NCBI GenBank assembly: GCA_965140585.1
Contig: OZ223272.1
Span: 320,001 to 384,000, forward strand
Direction: 5' to 3'
Length of the DNA stretch: 64,000 bases
Source: Spirochaetia bacterium
Lineage (GTDB): Bacteria; Spirochaetota; Spirochaetia; UBA9216
Shown: in pieces, positions 45,221 through 55,563 of the stretch
Layout: the number at the start of each line of letters is the position of its first letter
How positions within the stretch are numbered: the first letter of the stretch is position 1
Made by a program: the position numbers and the translations under genes
The notes under the pieces: model-generated
What the model was told of the DNA's origin: nothing
The model's input: only the letters and a program-made list of their open reading frames with translations
The model's database searches: none

Positions 45221-46270
45221 CTAACCCGTCCAGCCTGCACCGGCTTTCTTCCGGACAGCAAGAATTACGCTTTGAAGCAGGATAAAAAAGCACAGCATAA
45301 GCCCTATAGTAATACTCTGCCAGTAGGGCTCTCTTAAACCCGAGGCAATAACTATATTGCTTATAGTCTTCAGTGAAAGAACCCCGAACAGTGTACCGAC
45401 AACACTCCCCACTCCGCCGGTAAGCAGAGTCCCGCCGATAATTGATGAGGCTATAGCCTGAATTTCAGCCTGAGTGGCATTTGCGGCATTACCGGCACCA
45501 GTGTGCAGCAGATAAATATAGCCGCCTATACCGGCAAGCAGACCGCTGAGCAGGTATGCGAAAAATCTTGTGCGCTTCACATTGATACCCAGCATAAGGG
45601 CGCTCTGGCTGTTTCCGCCTACAGCGTATAGATTGCGTCCGAATCTGGTCCACCTCAGAGCGGCCCATATCAGCACAACTATCAAAACGGCCACAATTAC
45701 TCCGGGCTCCACCCTTACAGGTATAAAGTTACCCGTTTTTCCATAGGAACCGATCCCCGGAACTATCAGCCTGAAATTCTTGAGGGCGAGAAACGCCTCA
45801 TTGGTCACGGTTCTGGGAACCTTGCTTACAATTGTGGTAAGGCCCTTGGTAAAAAACATCCCCCCGAGAGTAACAATAAACGGCTGAATTTCCAGATAGG
45901 AGATCAGAAACCCCTGAATTCCTCCGATTGCAAGCCCCATTCCAAGTGCGAGAACAATCGACCCTGCAATTCCGAAACCGAAATCTTCTATACAGACAAC
46001 GCTGGTCATTGTGACCAGGGCAATCATTCCTCCTACCGAAATATCTATGCCCGCGGCTATCATTACAACAGTAAGCCCGCAGGAGACAATTATAAGATAG
46101 GCATTATTATTGAACATATCAAAAAACTGCTGAGGATTAAGAAACCCGCCGCCCCAGATTATCATTGCAAGGACATACATCGCGACAAAAGCGCTTATTG
46201 TGATTGTAAGCAGCAACGCGGTGTTAGAGACAGGCTCTTTAAGTTTTTTACCGGATTTTTTATTCAGCAT
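45221..46270 (-). CDS. yjfF: Sugar ABC transporter permease (YjfF-like)
   Basis: FNNNAYL, GIDISVG, IQPFIVTL, FGRNLYAVGGN, IIGGTLLTGGVG. Confidence 0.82.
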   Translation of the reverse strand: MLNKKSGKKLKEPVSNTALLLTITISAFVAMYVLAMIIWGGGFLNPQQFFDMFNNNAYLIIVSCGLTVVMIAAGIDISVGGMIALVTMTSVVCIEDFGFGIAGSIVLALGMGLAIGGIQGFLISYLEIQPFIVTLGGMFFTKGLTTIVSKVPRTVTNEAFLALKNFRLIVPGIGSYGKTGNFIPVRVEPGVIVAVLIVVLIWAALRWTRFGRNLYAVGGNSQSALMLGINVKRTRFFAYLLSGLLAGIGGYIYLLHTGAGNAANATQAEIQAIASSIIGGTLLTGGVGSVVGTLFGVLSLKTISNIVIASGLREPYWQSITIGLMLCFFILLQSVILAVRKKAGAGWTG

Positions 46271-46271
46271 A

Positions 46272-47336
46272 TCAGTTACCCTCCGTCAGCTTCATTGATT
46301 TTGTGAACAGCCTTTCTCGCAGCTGCTTTGCATATTTCTGAACTACAGGCGAACCGATAATTACTATAGCAATGATAACTACAGCCTTGTAGGCTTTTAC
46401 GGCTGTGGAGGAAACCTTCATGGCATACAGTGTGATAGTGAGTGCCTGAATGATATAAGCGCCGATTACCGAACCGGCCAGCCTGAATTTACCCCCGCTT
46501 AAGGCATTACCGCCTATCGCAACAGCAAGTATGGCATCCATTTCAATATCCAGGAGGATGGTTTCATGGTTAATCAATCCTATTCGGCTCACATTAATGG
46601 CCCCGGCGAAGGCAACACAGACTCCGAGAATCATGAATGACAGGAGTTTTATCATCACAGGGTTAATACCGTTCAGGCGGGCAGCCTTTTCATTTATACC
46701 GACAGACTGAGTGTACAGCCCAAGATTTGTAAATTTCAGCGCAAGAGTCACAAGTATTCCGAATACCGCGACAATCAGGATTGGACTGGGGATAGGGATC
46801 CCCGGAATAAAACTGCCTATGTAGCCAAGCAGAGGACTTTCAACGTTCGGCGTCGCCCCTCCGTTTATCCAGTAGGCAATAGGCCGGCCGGCAGTAAACA
46901 GAATCAGGGATGCGATCATTGGCTGGATATTGAAAAAGGATACAAGTGAACCGGTAAAAAGGGCAAAAAGAATTGCTACAATGCAGGCCGCAAGAAGGGC
47001 CAGAAGAATAACCGGCATTGTAATTTCGTTTGCGCGCAGGACCTTCACAAAGACACTGCCTGCAATTGCGGCTGCGGCTCCGACACTGATATCCTGCCCC
47101 TTTGTTGCTGAGGTAACCATAGTCATTGCAATTGCCAGAATAGCCAGCTCGGAAGCACCGTTAAGGATACTGATAAGGTTTCCGGAAAGTACTGTATTTC
47201 CATAGTTATTTGTGATAACTCTTATCGAAAAGAAACTAACATCCCTGAATAAATTAAAAATGACAATCAGAAAGAGGGCAAACAGAGGAATAGCCAGCTG
47301 CGACCGGGTAAGTTTTTTAAACAGGCTCTTAATCAT
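46272..47336 (-). CDS. ytfT: Sugar ABC transporter permease (YtfT-like)
   Basis: GQDISVGA, IQPMIASLILF, VGINEKAARLNGI, EMDAILAVAIGG. Confidence 0.82.
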   Translation of the reverse strand: MIKSLFKKLTRSQLAIPLFALFLIVIFNLFRDVSFFSIRVITNNYGNTVLSGNLISILNGASELAILAIAMTMVTSATKGQDISVGAAAAIAGSVFVKVLRANEITMPVILLALLAACIVAILFALFTGSLVSFFNIQPMIASLILFTAGRPIAYWINGGATPNVESPLLGYIGSFIPGIPIPSPILIVAVFGILVTLALKFTNLGLYTQSVGINEKAARLNGINPVMIKLLSFMILGVCVAFAGAINVSRIGLINHETILLDIEMDAILAVAIGGNALSGGKFRLAGSVIGAYIIQALTITLYAMKVSSTAVKAYKAVVIIAIVIIGSPVVQKYAKQLRERLFTKSMKLTEGN

Positions 47337-48849
47337 TCCGGTCAGCCTCCCCCGCAATTGTATGCATAATACTGGTCTGAGTCATATCCTCTCCGTATAG
47401 TTCACCTACTATGTTTCTGTCTCTCATAACAATCAACCTGGAGCAGGTGGCGAGCATTTCCTCAATTTCAGACGAAATAAAAGTGACGCTTACCCCCTCT
47501 TCCGCCAGCTGAAGAACGAGTTTCTGGATCTCGATCTTGGTTCCTACATCAATTCCACGGGTTGGTTCATCAAGGATGAGATACTGCGGATTTGTCAGAA
47601 GCCAGCGTGCAAGAATAGCCTTCTGCTGATTCCCCCCTGACAGAGATTTAATAGGAGTATCTGTTGAGGCGGTTTTTATTCCCAGCATTTTGATATATTT
47701 ATCCGCGAAGTTTTCGGCCTCGGCTCTCGAAAAGGGCCGGAAAAAACCTTTTAAAACCTGCAGGGCAAGTATGATATTCTCACGGACTGACAGGTCTTCA
47801 ATGATACCGTCAAGTTTACGGTCTTCCGGCAGATAGCCGATTCCGTGTTTCATTGAATCCTTTGGTTTTGAAATCCTTGCATCCTTCCCGTTGATTTTTA
47901 TCCTGCCGCCGGTAATGCGATCTGCACCGAATATGGCCCGTACGCTTTCGCTTCGGCCGGATCCGAGCAATCCGGTAAAACCGTTCACCTCACCTTTGCG
48001 AATTTTAAAGTCAAAAGGCTTTGTACCTTCTGCACTGGACAGCCCTTCAGCCTCGTACACGACCGGTATATCTTCTGAAGCGACCGCTTTCCTGCGTTCC
48101 TGCAGCTCTGATATATCATCAAGATCCTTACCCATCATCGCAGATATAAGTTCAATACGCGGCAGGTCCTTTATATTGTAGGCGCCGACCAGCTCGCCGT
48201 TTCTAAGCACCGTTATTCTGTCACAGACTTCATACACCTGCTCAAGAAAATGCGTAATAAAAATTATTCCGACACCGCGCTTCTTAAGATCCCGCATCAG
48301 CGAAAACAGAAGTTCAACTTCCTGCTCATCAAGCGAGGATGTAGGCTCATCAAGGATAAGAATTTTACAGTCCATATCAACAGCGCGGGCAACCGCCACC
48401 ATCTGCTGCACAGCAAGTGAGCAGGCCCCGAGCTGCCTGGATCCATTAGCGGGAATATTAAGCCGCTTGAGAATTGCATCGGCCTTTTTCTCCATTAAAC
48501 GCCAGTTCACAAAACGATAATTACCCCGTCCGATAAACATGTTTTCAGCTACAGTAAGATTCGGACACAGGGTTATCTCCTGATAAACAGTACTGATGCC
48601 CAGATTCTGGGCATCCTGCGGAGATTTAATCGTCAGATCCCGTTCAATTCCGGCCATCCTTATCTGCCCGGAATCTTTCTGGTAAACACCGGTAAGAACC
48701 TTTACCAGCGTTGATTTACCGGCACCGTTCTCTCCCATTAAAGCATGAATTTCTCCCCGGCACAGGGTAAAATCCACATTATGCAAAGCCCTTACACCCG
48801 GAAAGCGCTTTCCGATTCCGCGCATGGACAATACGATGTCATTATTCAT
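47329..48849 (-). CDS. ytfR: Sugar ABC transporter ATP-binding protein (YtfR-like)
   Basis: GENGAGKST, GISTVYQE, DEPTSSLD, LSGGNQQK, DEPTRGIDVG. Confidence 0.85.
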   Translation of the reverse strand: MNNDIVLSMRGIGKRFPGVRALHNVDFTLCRGEIHALMGENGAGKSTLVKVLTGVYQKDSGQIRMAGIERDLTIKSPQDAQNLGISTVYQEITLCPNLTVAENMFIGRGNYRFVNWRLMEKKADAILKRLNIPANGSRQLGACSLAVQQMVAVARAVDMDCKILILDEPTSSLDEQEVELLFSLMRDLKKRGVGIIFITHFLEQVYEVCDRITVLRNGELVGAYNIKDLPRIELISAMMGKDLDDISELQERRKAVASEDIPVVYEAEGLSSAEGTKPFDFKIRKGEVNGFTGLLGSGRSESVRAIFGADRITGGRIKINGKDARISKPKDSMKHGIGYLPEDRKLDGIIEDLSVRENIILALQVLKGFFRPFSRAEAENFADKYIKMLGIKTASTDTPIKSLSGGNQQKAILARWLLTNPQYLILDEPTRGIDVGTKIEIQKLVLQLAEEGVSVTFISSEIEEMLATCSRLIVMRDRNIVGELYGEDMTQTSIMHTIAGEADRND

Positions 48850-48950
48850 TAGTCTCAACCCGCCTTTAAAAATAACGGCGCGGAGCATGCCTGAAATTCA
48901 TGCATACTTCGCGCCCCAATCAGCATCCGTCCTTAGAATGCCTTCAGCAA

Positions 48951-49919
48951 TCAGTCACCCAGACCGTATGTATCTATATCTTTCTGAGTAATTGTCTTTG
49001 CATCAAATCCCTTTTCTTCTGAGATAACTTTCTTTGAAGGAAGTGTTCCGCCGCCTTCAATTTTTTTAATCATTCCATCAATTACCGAGGCCTGAAACGG
49101 ACTGCACTGTCCATCATAATTCCAGTTGCCTGCAAGCAGTTCGCGAAGGGCCCACTTGTTGCAGTCAAAACCCATAACAACAACATCCTTGTCAACACCG
49201 TGAGTGATACCGGCATCATCAAGAGCAGCTACTGCACCTTTTGCCATGCCGTCATTTTCAGCATATATAACATTGAATGCTTCGCCTGAGTTTATTACTG
49301 ATTCAACGATTTTCTTTGCCTCAGCTTCATCCCAGGTTGCAGTCTGCTGGGCAACCTTGTTCATCTTTCCGGCTTTAAATTCTGCCTCAAGAGCATTTGT
49401 ACGGCCGATCTGGGCATCACTTCCCATTGCGCCCTGAATGTGAATAACGTTGTATTCAGAGAGTTTCTGAGTCTTGAGCCACTTAACAGCAGTATCACCC
49501 TGGTTTGCCATGTCTGAAACTACAGCAGCCTCATAAAGGTCGGGACTGGCGTTGAGCATCCGGTCAAACAGAAACACTCTGATACCTGCTTCTTTTGCAT
49601 TTGCAAGGACTGAATCCCAGCCGTCAGTTGCAGCTGCAGAAAGAAGAATATAGTCAACCTTGTCGTTTATGAACTGACTTGCGGCATTCAGCTGCTCATC
49701 ATTTTTAAGGCTGTAAAAGCTTGAAACTTCGTACCCGTTTGCCTCGGTGAATACCTTTTCAAAATCTGCTACATTTGCAGCACGGTATCCTGATTCGGAC
49801 GGCGGGTTGTTTATGATTCCGACTTTAATAAGACCTGAATCCTGCTGGCCTCCTGCAAAAAGCGCAAACGGGCTTAATACAAGAAGTATGCCCAAAACAC
49901 ATAAAATTTTTCTGTTCAT
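48951..49919 (-). CDS. Sugar ABC transporter substrate-binding protein (YtfQ-like, probably arabinose/galactofuranose)
   Basis: Signal LFAGGQQDS, ESGYR, GWDSVL, YAENDGMA, QCSP. AGGAGG RBS. Confidence 0.88.
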   Translation of the reverse strand: MNRKILCVLGILLVLSPFALFAGGQQDSGLIKVGIINNPPSESGYRAANVADFEKVFTEANGYEVSSFYSLKNDEQLNAASQFINDKVDYILLSAAATDGWDSVLANAKEAGIRVFLFDRMLNASPDLYEAAVVSDMANQGDTAVKWLKTQKLSEYNVIHIQGAMGSDAQIGRTNALEAEFKAGKMNKVAQQTATWDEAEAKKIVESVINSGEAFNVIYAENDGMAKGAVAALDDAGITHGVDKDVVVMGFDCNKWALRELLAGNWNYDGQCSPFQASVIDGMIKKIEGGGTLPSKKVISEEKGFDAKTITQKDIDTYGLGD

Positions 49920-50124
49920 AGAACCTCCTGAGTTTTATATGATTTTAGGACTGCATCGACCGGAAGTACATGAACTATCTTATCGACTTTGTTTGGACAT
50001 TTTACGGCAGGTCCCCCGCGTCAGGCTATTCCGTCGAAAAAGTTGATTTTTTTATGCTGAACCTGGATTTTTTTACGGTTTTTATAACTGCGCAAAAAAT
50101 CCTGAATATATCTCATGAGTCCAT

Positions 50125-50157
50125 AAAAAAAGCCCCGGACCTATTCAGCCCGGGGCT
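50125..50157 (-). terminator. Intrinsic terminator after araA
   Basis: A7-GCCCCGG...CCGGGGCT. Confidence 0.75.
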
Positions 50158-50175
50158 CTGATTATTCTATGTTGA

Positions 50176-51693
50176 TTACACTCCGCCTGAAAAAGCTCTC
50201 ATCGTGTAATACAGGTCATTCCATTTCAGTTCATTCCTGAAGCTGCCTATTTCTGTTCCCTTCTTTATTACAGCTATTTCAATTCCAAGCATTTCAGAAT
50301 AATCGGTCAGCATTTCTGTTGTTACATCTTTGCTGAAGGCAGTATGATGGGCACCTCCGCCGAGAATCCAGGCTTCTGCGGCTGTTGAAAGGTCAGGAAG
50401 AGGTTTCCACATAGCTCTTGCAACCGGCAGTTTCGGAAAACTGCTTTCAGGTTTAACAGCCTCAACCTCGTTTACCAGAAGCCTGAAGCGGTTTCCCATA
50501 TCCATCAGCGACGCATTAAGTGCGGCGCCTGCAGGGACATCAAAAACCATTCTTACAGGATCATCCTTTCCCCCGATATCAAGCGGATGACATTCAATTC
50601 TTACATCGCTTTTTCCTGCGATAGTCGGGCAGACTTCAAGCATGTGGGCGCCGAGCACCATCTGGTTTGCGGGATCCATATGATAGGTGTAATCTTCCAT
50701 AAAGGAAGTACCGCCGGTAAGTCCATTTCCCATAACCTTCATGCTGTGAACCAGAGCAGAGGTTTTCCAGTCGCCCTCGGCTCCAAATCCGTAGCCCTTC
50801 TCCATCGCCCGCTGGCAGGCAAGCCCCGGAAGCTGGCTTACTCCGGTCAGATCCTCGAAGGTGGTGGTGAAAGCGGAAAACCCGCCCTTCACAAGAAAGT
50901 TATCCAGGCCGGCATCAAGCTTTGCAGCATCACGAAGCATACCTGCCTGAGAACCGCCGGGCAGAAGTTCTTTTGCAATTTTATAGCTTCCGCTGTATTC
51001 GGAAACCAGCTCATCAATCCTGCTTTCAGGGACGGCATCAACCTCAGCGGCAAGTTCGGCTATTCCGTATCCGTAGACATCGTATCCAAGAGATATCTGG
51101 GCAGCAACCTTGTCGCCCTCGGTAACCGCAACATCGCGCATATTGTCCCCGAACCTGGCTACCTTCATGCTCTTTTGATCGCTTACCGCGGCAGCGGCTC
51201 TAATCCAGGCATCAACACGCTTTAAAACCTTTTCATCCTTCCAGTAACCTGCAACAACCTTTCTTGCTATTTTCATTCTGGTATTGATGAAACCGTGCTC
51301 CCTTCCGCCGTGAGCAGACTGGTTTAGATTCATAAAATCCATATCGATCTCATTCCAGGGGATGTCTCGGTTGTACTGGGTATGCAGATGCAGCATGGGC
51401 TTTGTCATTACATTAAGACCATTAATCCACATCTTTGATGGCGAGAATGTGTGCATCCACAGAACAACACCCGCACACTGCGCATCTGCACTGGCTTCAA
51501 CACAAAACTTTGTAATCTCTGCCGGTGTGGTCAGTATTCCCCTGAACTCCACAGGCGCGGAAAGAAGCGGACTGTCATTCAGGCTGCCTGCAATCTCCTT
51601 TGTATGCCTCTCAACTTCCCGGAGAGTCTCTTCTCCGTAGAGGTGCTGACTTCCAGACACCATCCATATTTTGATATTTTCATACGCTTTCAT
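50176..51693 (-). CDS. araA: L-arabinose isomerase
   Basis: GSQHLYG, WMHTFSP, MNLNQSAHG, GAEGDWKT, SFMEDYTY, GAHMLE, GGAHHT. Confidence 0.97.
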   Translation of the reverse strand: MKAYENIKIWMVSGSQHLYGEETLREVERHTKEIAGSLNDSPLLSAPVEFRGILTTPAEITKFCVEASADAQCAGVVLWMHTFSPSKMWINGLNVMTKPMLHLHTQYNRDIPWNEIDMDFMNLNQSAHGGREHGFINTRMKIARKVVAGYWKDEKVLKRVDAWIRAAAAVSDQKSMKVARFGDNMRDVAVTEGDKVAAQISLGYDVYGYGIAELAAEVDAVPESRIDELVSEYSGSYKIAKELLPGGSQAGMLRDAAKLDAGLDNFLVKGGFSAFTTTFEDLTGVSQLPGLACQRAMEKGYGFGAEGDWKTSALVHSMKVMGNGLTGGTSFMEDYTYHMDPANQMVLGAHMLEVCPTIAGKSDVRIECHPLDIGGKDDPVRMVFDVPAGAALNASLMDMGNRFRLLVNEVEAVKPESSFPKLPVARAMWKPLPDLSTAAEAWILGGGAHHTAFSKDVTTEMLTDYSEMLGIEIAVIKKGTEIGSFRNELKWNDLYYTMRAFSGGV

Positions 51694-51721
51694 ATCATCC
51701 CTCCATATTCCATATGAAACC

Positions 51722-52756
51722 TTAAAAGGTATTAAGATTCTCTTTTGTTATTATATTCATTGGAAGATACACCTCTCCCGGAGCAGAACCGCCCAGAACC
51801 ACTGCATCATAAAGGAGCTTCATGCCCCTGTAAGCCTGCTCTTCCGGCTGCTGGGTTATGATGAAATTGATAACTTCCTCGTCAATCAGATTCCGCCTTT
51901 CAGAAATCAGATCATATCCGATAAGCGGAATTGAGCTGAATTGCTCACCGCGGGATTTGAGCCAGGAGCCGAAATAGTATACCGATGAATCAGGAACAAA
52001 AATTCCGGCGGGAAGATTTTTCTCTGTTTTAAAAAAACGATCCAGATGCCGATGATAATCTGCTTCATCATCGGAGCCCGTATTAATGGTTTTAATTCTG
52101 CAGGACAATCCCTTTGTTTCAAGGAACGTCCTGAACCCCTCAACCCTGCCGCGGATATGTTCGTTGTGACCCGGCGGCTCCGCGATCAGCAGATATCCCT
52201 CTAAATCGACTGCAATCATATGCATAAGCTTTGCCGAAAGAGCTCCGCTGCTTCGGGAGTCCTGTCCTATATAAGTGAGCCGTCTGCCGAAATCCCGGTT
52301 GTCAGTATCTATCAGGACACAGGCGGGTTTTATATCATCAGCGGAAATGCTGCAGTTATCATGAAAGACCGGCGCAATCAGAAATCCGTTTGACTGCAGG
52401 TGCTTAATCCGGTCAATAACCTCATTGCAGGAGGCTTCAGAATACCTGTCAAACCTGATAATCTCGATTTCACGGCAGAGGGACCCCAGCTCCTGTACAG
52501 CCTTTGCAATCCCGCTGTATACTGTTTTCCAGTACCCTGCATCCTGATGATCCTGCGGCAAAATAACAGTCAGCGAGATATTCCCTGCCTTTTTCAGCCC
52601 CCGCGCATGCATATTCGGAGAGTATTCAAGTTCCTGCATCACAAGCCGGACCTTCTCTGCAGTGGAGTCTGAAAAGCGCCCCCTGTTGTGAATAATCCGG
52701 TCAACTGTGCCTATAGAGACTCCTGCAGCATCTGCAACATCTTTTATCGTAGCCAT
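51722..52756 (-). CDS. LacI-family transcriptional regulator (probable arabinose repressor)
   Basis: MATIKDVADAAGVSIGTVDR HTH, YSPN hinge, sugar-binding domain; lies between araB and araA. Confidence 0.92.
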   Translation of the reverse strand: MATIKDVADAAGVSIGTVDRIIHNRGRFSDSTAEKVRLVMQELEYSPNMHARGLKKAGNISLTVILPQDHQDAGYWKTVYSGIAKAVQELGSLCREIEIIRFDRYSEASCNEVIDRIKHLQSNGFLIAPVFHDNCSISADDIKPACVLIDTDNRDFGRRLTYIGQDSRSSGALSAKLMHMIAVDLEGYLLIAEPPGHNEHIRGRVEGFRTFLETKGLSCRIKTINTGSDDEADYHRHLDRFFKTEKNLPAGIFVPDSSVYYFGSWLKSRGEQFSSIPLIGYDLISERRNLIDEEVINFIITQQPEEQAYRGMKLLYDAVVLGGSAPGEVYLPMNIITKENLNTF

Positions 52757-52766
52757 GAAAACATCC

Positions 52767-52813
52767 TGCGTTATCGTTAACGCAATTTTAAGACATAAAA
52801 ACATGGATGTCAA
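52767..52813 (-). promoter_or_regulatory. lacI-araA promoter and operator 2
   Basis: TTGACA(52813-52808)-N17-TAAAAT(52790-52785), followed by the palindrome TGCGTTATCGTTAACGCA (52767-52784). Confidence 0.75.
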
Positions 52814-52820
52814 ATTAAAT

Positions 52821-52866
52821 TTGACTTATGATTAAGAAGATATTAGAATGCGTTCTCGTTAACGCT
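52821..52866 (+). promoter_or_regulatory. araB promoter and operator 3
   Basis: TTGACT(52821)-N17-TAGAAT(52844), followed by TGCGTTCTCGTTAACGCT (52849-52866). Confidence 0.75.
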
Positions 52867-52881
52867 ATTAGGGAGGAAATA

Positions 52882-54480
52882 ATGAATAATTCCGAAATTT
52901 CAAAGCTGATCAGTGAAGGCAGAGCCTTCCTTGGCATAGAACTAGGTTCAACCCGAATCAAGGCCGTACTCATTTCAGAAGACGGAACACCTCTTGCAGC
53001 CGGAACTCACGGCTGGGAAAACACACTTACAGACGGAATATGGTCCTACCCTCTGGAGGAGGTAATCAGCGGCCTTCAGTCATGTTACGCAGACTTAAAG
53101 CGGGATGTAAAAGAACAATACGGAACCATACTTAAATCTGCGGCGGCAATGGGCATAAGCGCCATGATGCACGGATACATTGCACTTGACAAAAACAACA
53201 GGCTTCTGGTTCCTTTCAGAACGTGGAGAAATAATATTACACAGCAGGCTTCAGAAGAGTTGACCGAACTTTTTCAGTACCCTATTCCCCAGAGATGGAG
53301 CATCGCCCATCTTTATCAGGCCATACTGAAGGGGGAGTCTCATCTTCCCGAACTTAATTCAATAAACACACTTGCCGGCTGGGTGCATGAACAGCTGACA
53401 GGAAAAAGAGTTCTCGGCGTCGGCGACGCTTCAGGAATGTTTCCAATTGATACTGCAGAATGCAATTTCAATGCTTCAATGATTGCTGCCTTTGACTCAA
53501 AGGTTTCTGACAGGGGGTTCAGCTGGAAACTCGGCGGAATTCTTCCCGAGGTTCTTCCCGCAGGTACTAATGCAGGAATGCTGACAGCCGATGGAGCTGC
53601 AATACTTGATCCTTCTGGAGCTCTTCAAGCAGGAATCCCCCTTTGCCCGCCCGAGGGAGACGCAGGAACCGGAATGGTTGCAACAAACAGTGTTAAAGCC
53701 AGAACAGGAAACGTATCGGCAGGAACCTCTGTATTTGCAATGATTGTTCTTGAGAAGGACCTTGCCAAACTTCACCATGAACTTGATCTGATCACAACTC
53801 CGTCCGGAGACCTTGTGGCAATGGCTCATTCCAACAACTGCAGTACTGAATACAGCGCCTGGATAGACTTCCTTGGTGAAGCAGCCGGCATACTGGGCGC
53901 CGAGATTGACGGCGGAAAGCTGTATGACACCATGATGAAGCTTGCGCTTACCGGCGATCGTGACTGCGGTGGGCTTCTGGCTTACGGCTATCACTCAGGT
54001 GAACATGTAACCGGCTTCTCTGAGGGCCGGCCGCTTTTCGTCCGGAACCCGGAAAGCAAATTTACCGTAGCTAACTTTGTCCGAGCCCAGCTTTTTACAT
54101 CACTCTGTGCACTCAGGACAGGGCTTAATATACTGTTCAACGAAGAGAACGTGACTGTTAGTGAAATTAAGGGGCACGGAGGATTCTTCAAAACTGAGGG
54201 AGTCGGAGAACGGATAATGGCCGCAGCATGCGGAACTCCAGTTTCTGTGCTTAAAACTGCCGGGGAAGGCGGTGCCTGGGGCATAGCGCTTCTAGCGGCC
54301 TACCTCAAGCAGAAGGAAAACAGTACCGGTCTTTCAGATTTTCTTGAGAAGGTTTTCGCAGACGACAGCAGTACGGCGGTCAGCCCCGATCCGGAAGATG
54401 TAGAGGGCTTTAATGAATTTTTTAAACGCTATACGGCCGGCCTGCCTATAGAACAGGCTGCAGTTGATAATCTGAAATAA
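52882..54480 (+). CDS. araB: FGGY-family sugar kinase, probable L-ribulokinase
   Basis: LGIELGSTRIKA, GISAMMHGY, PFRTWRN, PEGDAGTGM, GHGG, GEGGAWG; arabinose locus context. GGAGG RBS before 52882. Confidence 0.88.
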   Translation: MNNSEISKLISEGRAFLGIELGSTRIKAVLISEDGTPLAAGTHGWENTLTDGIWSYPLEEVISGLQSCYADLKRDVKEQYGTILKSAAAMGISAMMHGYIALDKNNRLLVPFRTWRNNITQQASEELTELFQYPIPQRWSIAHLYQAILKGESHLPELNSINTLAGWVHEQLTGKRVLGVGDASGMFPIDTAECNFNASMIAAFDSKVSDRGFSWKLGGILPEVLPAGTNAGMLTADGAAILDPSGALQAGIPLCPPEGDAGTGMVATNSVKARTGNVSAGTSVFAMIVLEKDLAKLHHELDLITTPSGDLVAMAHSNNCSTEYSAWIDFLGEAAGILGAEIDGGKLYDTMMKLALTGDRDCGGLLAYGYHSGEHVTGFSEGRPLFVRNPESKFTVANFVRAQLFTSLCALRTGLNILFNEENVTVSEIKGHGGFFKTEGVGERIMAAACGTPVSVLKTAGEGGAWGIALLAAYLKQKENSTGLSDFLEKVFADDSSTAVSPDPEDVEGFNEFFKRYTAGLPIEQAAVDNLK

Positions 54481-54523
54481 GCTCTGCCGCTGCAGGAACA
54501 GCCCCCTGCCGCCTTACAGCCTG

Positions 54524-55096
54524 TCAGTTTTTAACAAAGACTGACAGGTAGTAGGTATCCGAAATCTCTTCAAATGAAGTTTTGCTGAAACCTCCCGAAT
54601 TAAAATAGGAAGCAAGAGCGTCAGAGCTTACCCGGTGTTCCAGGGGAGGCCCCTCCGCAGTTTCTTTTTTCTGAAACTCCACAACAGCCGCCCGCCCGCC
54701 GGGCTTTAAAAGCCTTGCTATTTCCTGAATCCAGCTCTCAGGGTTTTCAAACTCATGGAACACAAAGGATATAAAAACAAGATCAGCACAGTGGCTTTCA
54801 ACCGGAACATTATCCTCTGAAGACATCACTATTTTCAGATTTCCCTTGTATCCGTCCGCTCTTTTGGCAAGCTCATCAAGCATATCCTGTGCTATATCAG
54901 CAGCAATCACTCTTCCCGAATCACCGGTAAGCGCTGCAGCCGGTATTGAGAAATAGCCTATACCTGCACCTACATCAATCATGGTATCACCGGACTTCAA
55001 TCCGACCTTTTCAAGAATAAGTTCCGGCGGAAGTTTTTTACGCCTGTCTGCGTTATCGAGTTTATGAAATGCTTTGGAATTAATTTTATACGCCAT
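54524..55096 (-). CDS. Class I SAM-dependent methyltransferase
   Basis: IDVGAGIGY, RLLKPGG, EGPPLEHR. Confidence 0.9.
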   Translation of the reverse strand: MAYKINSKAFHKLDNADRRKKLPPELILEKVGLKSGDTMIDVGAGIGYFSIPAAALTGDSGRVIAADIAQDMLDELAKRADGYKGNLKIVMSSEDNVPVESHCADLVFISFVFHEFENPESWIQEIARLLKPGGRAAVVEFQKKETAEGPPLEHRVSSDALASYFNSGGFSKTSFEEISDTYYLSVFVKN

Positions 55097-55098
55097 AT

Positions 55099-55545
55099 CT
55101 ATTCTCCCTGGACCTGATACCAGAGCTTTCTAGTCCGGGGTCCTGTATCACATTCAACGAGAAAAACATTCTGCCATGGTCCAAGCAGTACTTCGCCGTT
55201 CAGAACAGGAATCGAAAGTGAGTGCTGAAGCAGAAGCGAACGCAGATGACTTGAACCGTTGTCATCGTGCCAGGTTTCGTGATGGCGGTAGGGTGTACCG
55301 TCAGCGAATCCTTCGCCATACGGCATATTCATAGCAGAATCAAACATGTACTGCAGATCGTGATTCAGAATCCCAGGCTCATCCTCAGTGACAATGAGAG
55401 CGGCAACACAGCCTGCTACAAAAATCATTGCATAACCCTCGGTTATTCCGCTTTCAGCAACTGCAGCTCTAATATCAGCATCAATTTTAATGGTGGACAT
55501 CCGGCCCTTCAAACCGTAATCTTTATCCTTTGTAAAAACAGCCAT
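55099..55545 (-). CDS. yjbQ: YjbQ/UPF0047-family protein
   Basis: YRHHETWHDDNGSSHLRS, LGPWQNV, ECDTGPRTR. Confidence 0.88.
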   Translation of the reverse strand: MAVFTKDKDYGLKGRMSTIKIDADIRAAVAESGITEGYAMIFVAGCVAALIVTEDEPGILNHDLQYMFDSAMNMPYGEGFADGTPYRHHETWHDDNGSSHLRSLLLQHSLSIPVLNGEVLLGPWQNVFLVECDTGPRTRKLWYQVQGE

Positions 55546-55563
55546 ATATAAAATATATTGTAA

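Noticed and set aside
50587-51225. 212-aa ORF antisense to araA, and similar antisense ORFs in araB and the GGCT fusion
   Set aside because: Shadow frames of well-supported genes with no recognisable motifs.
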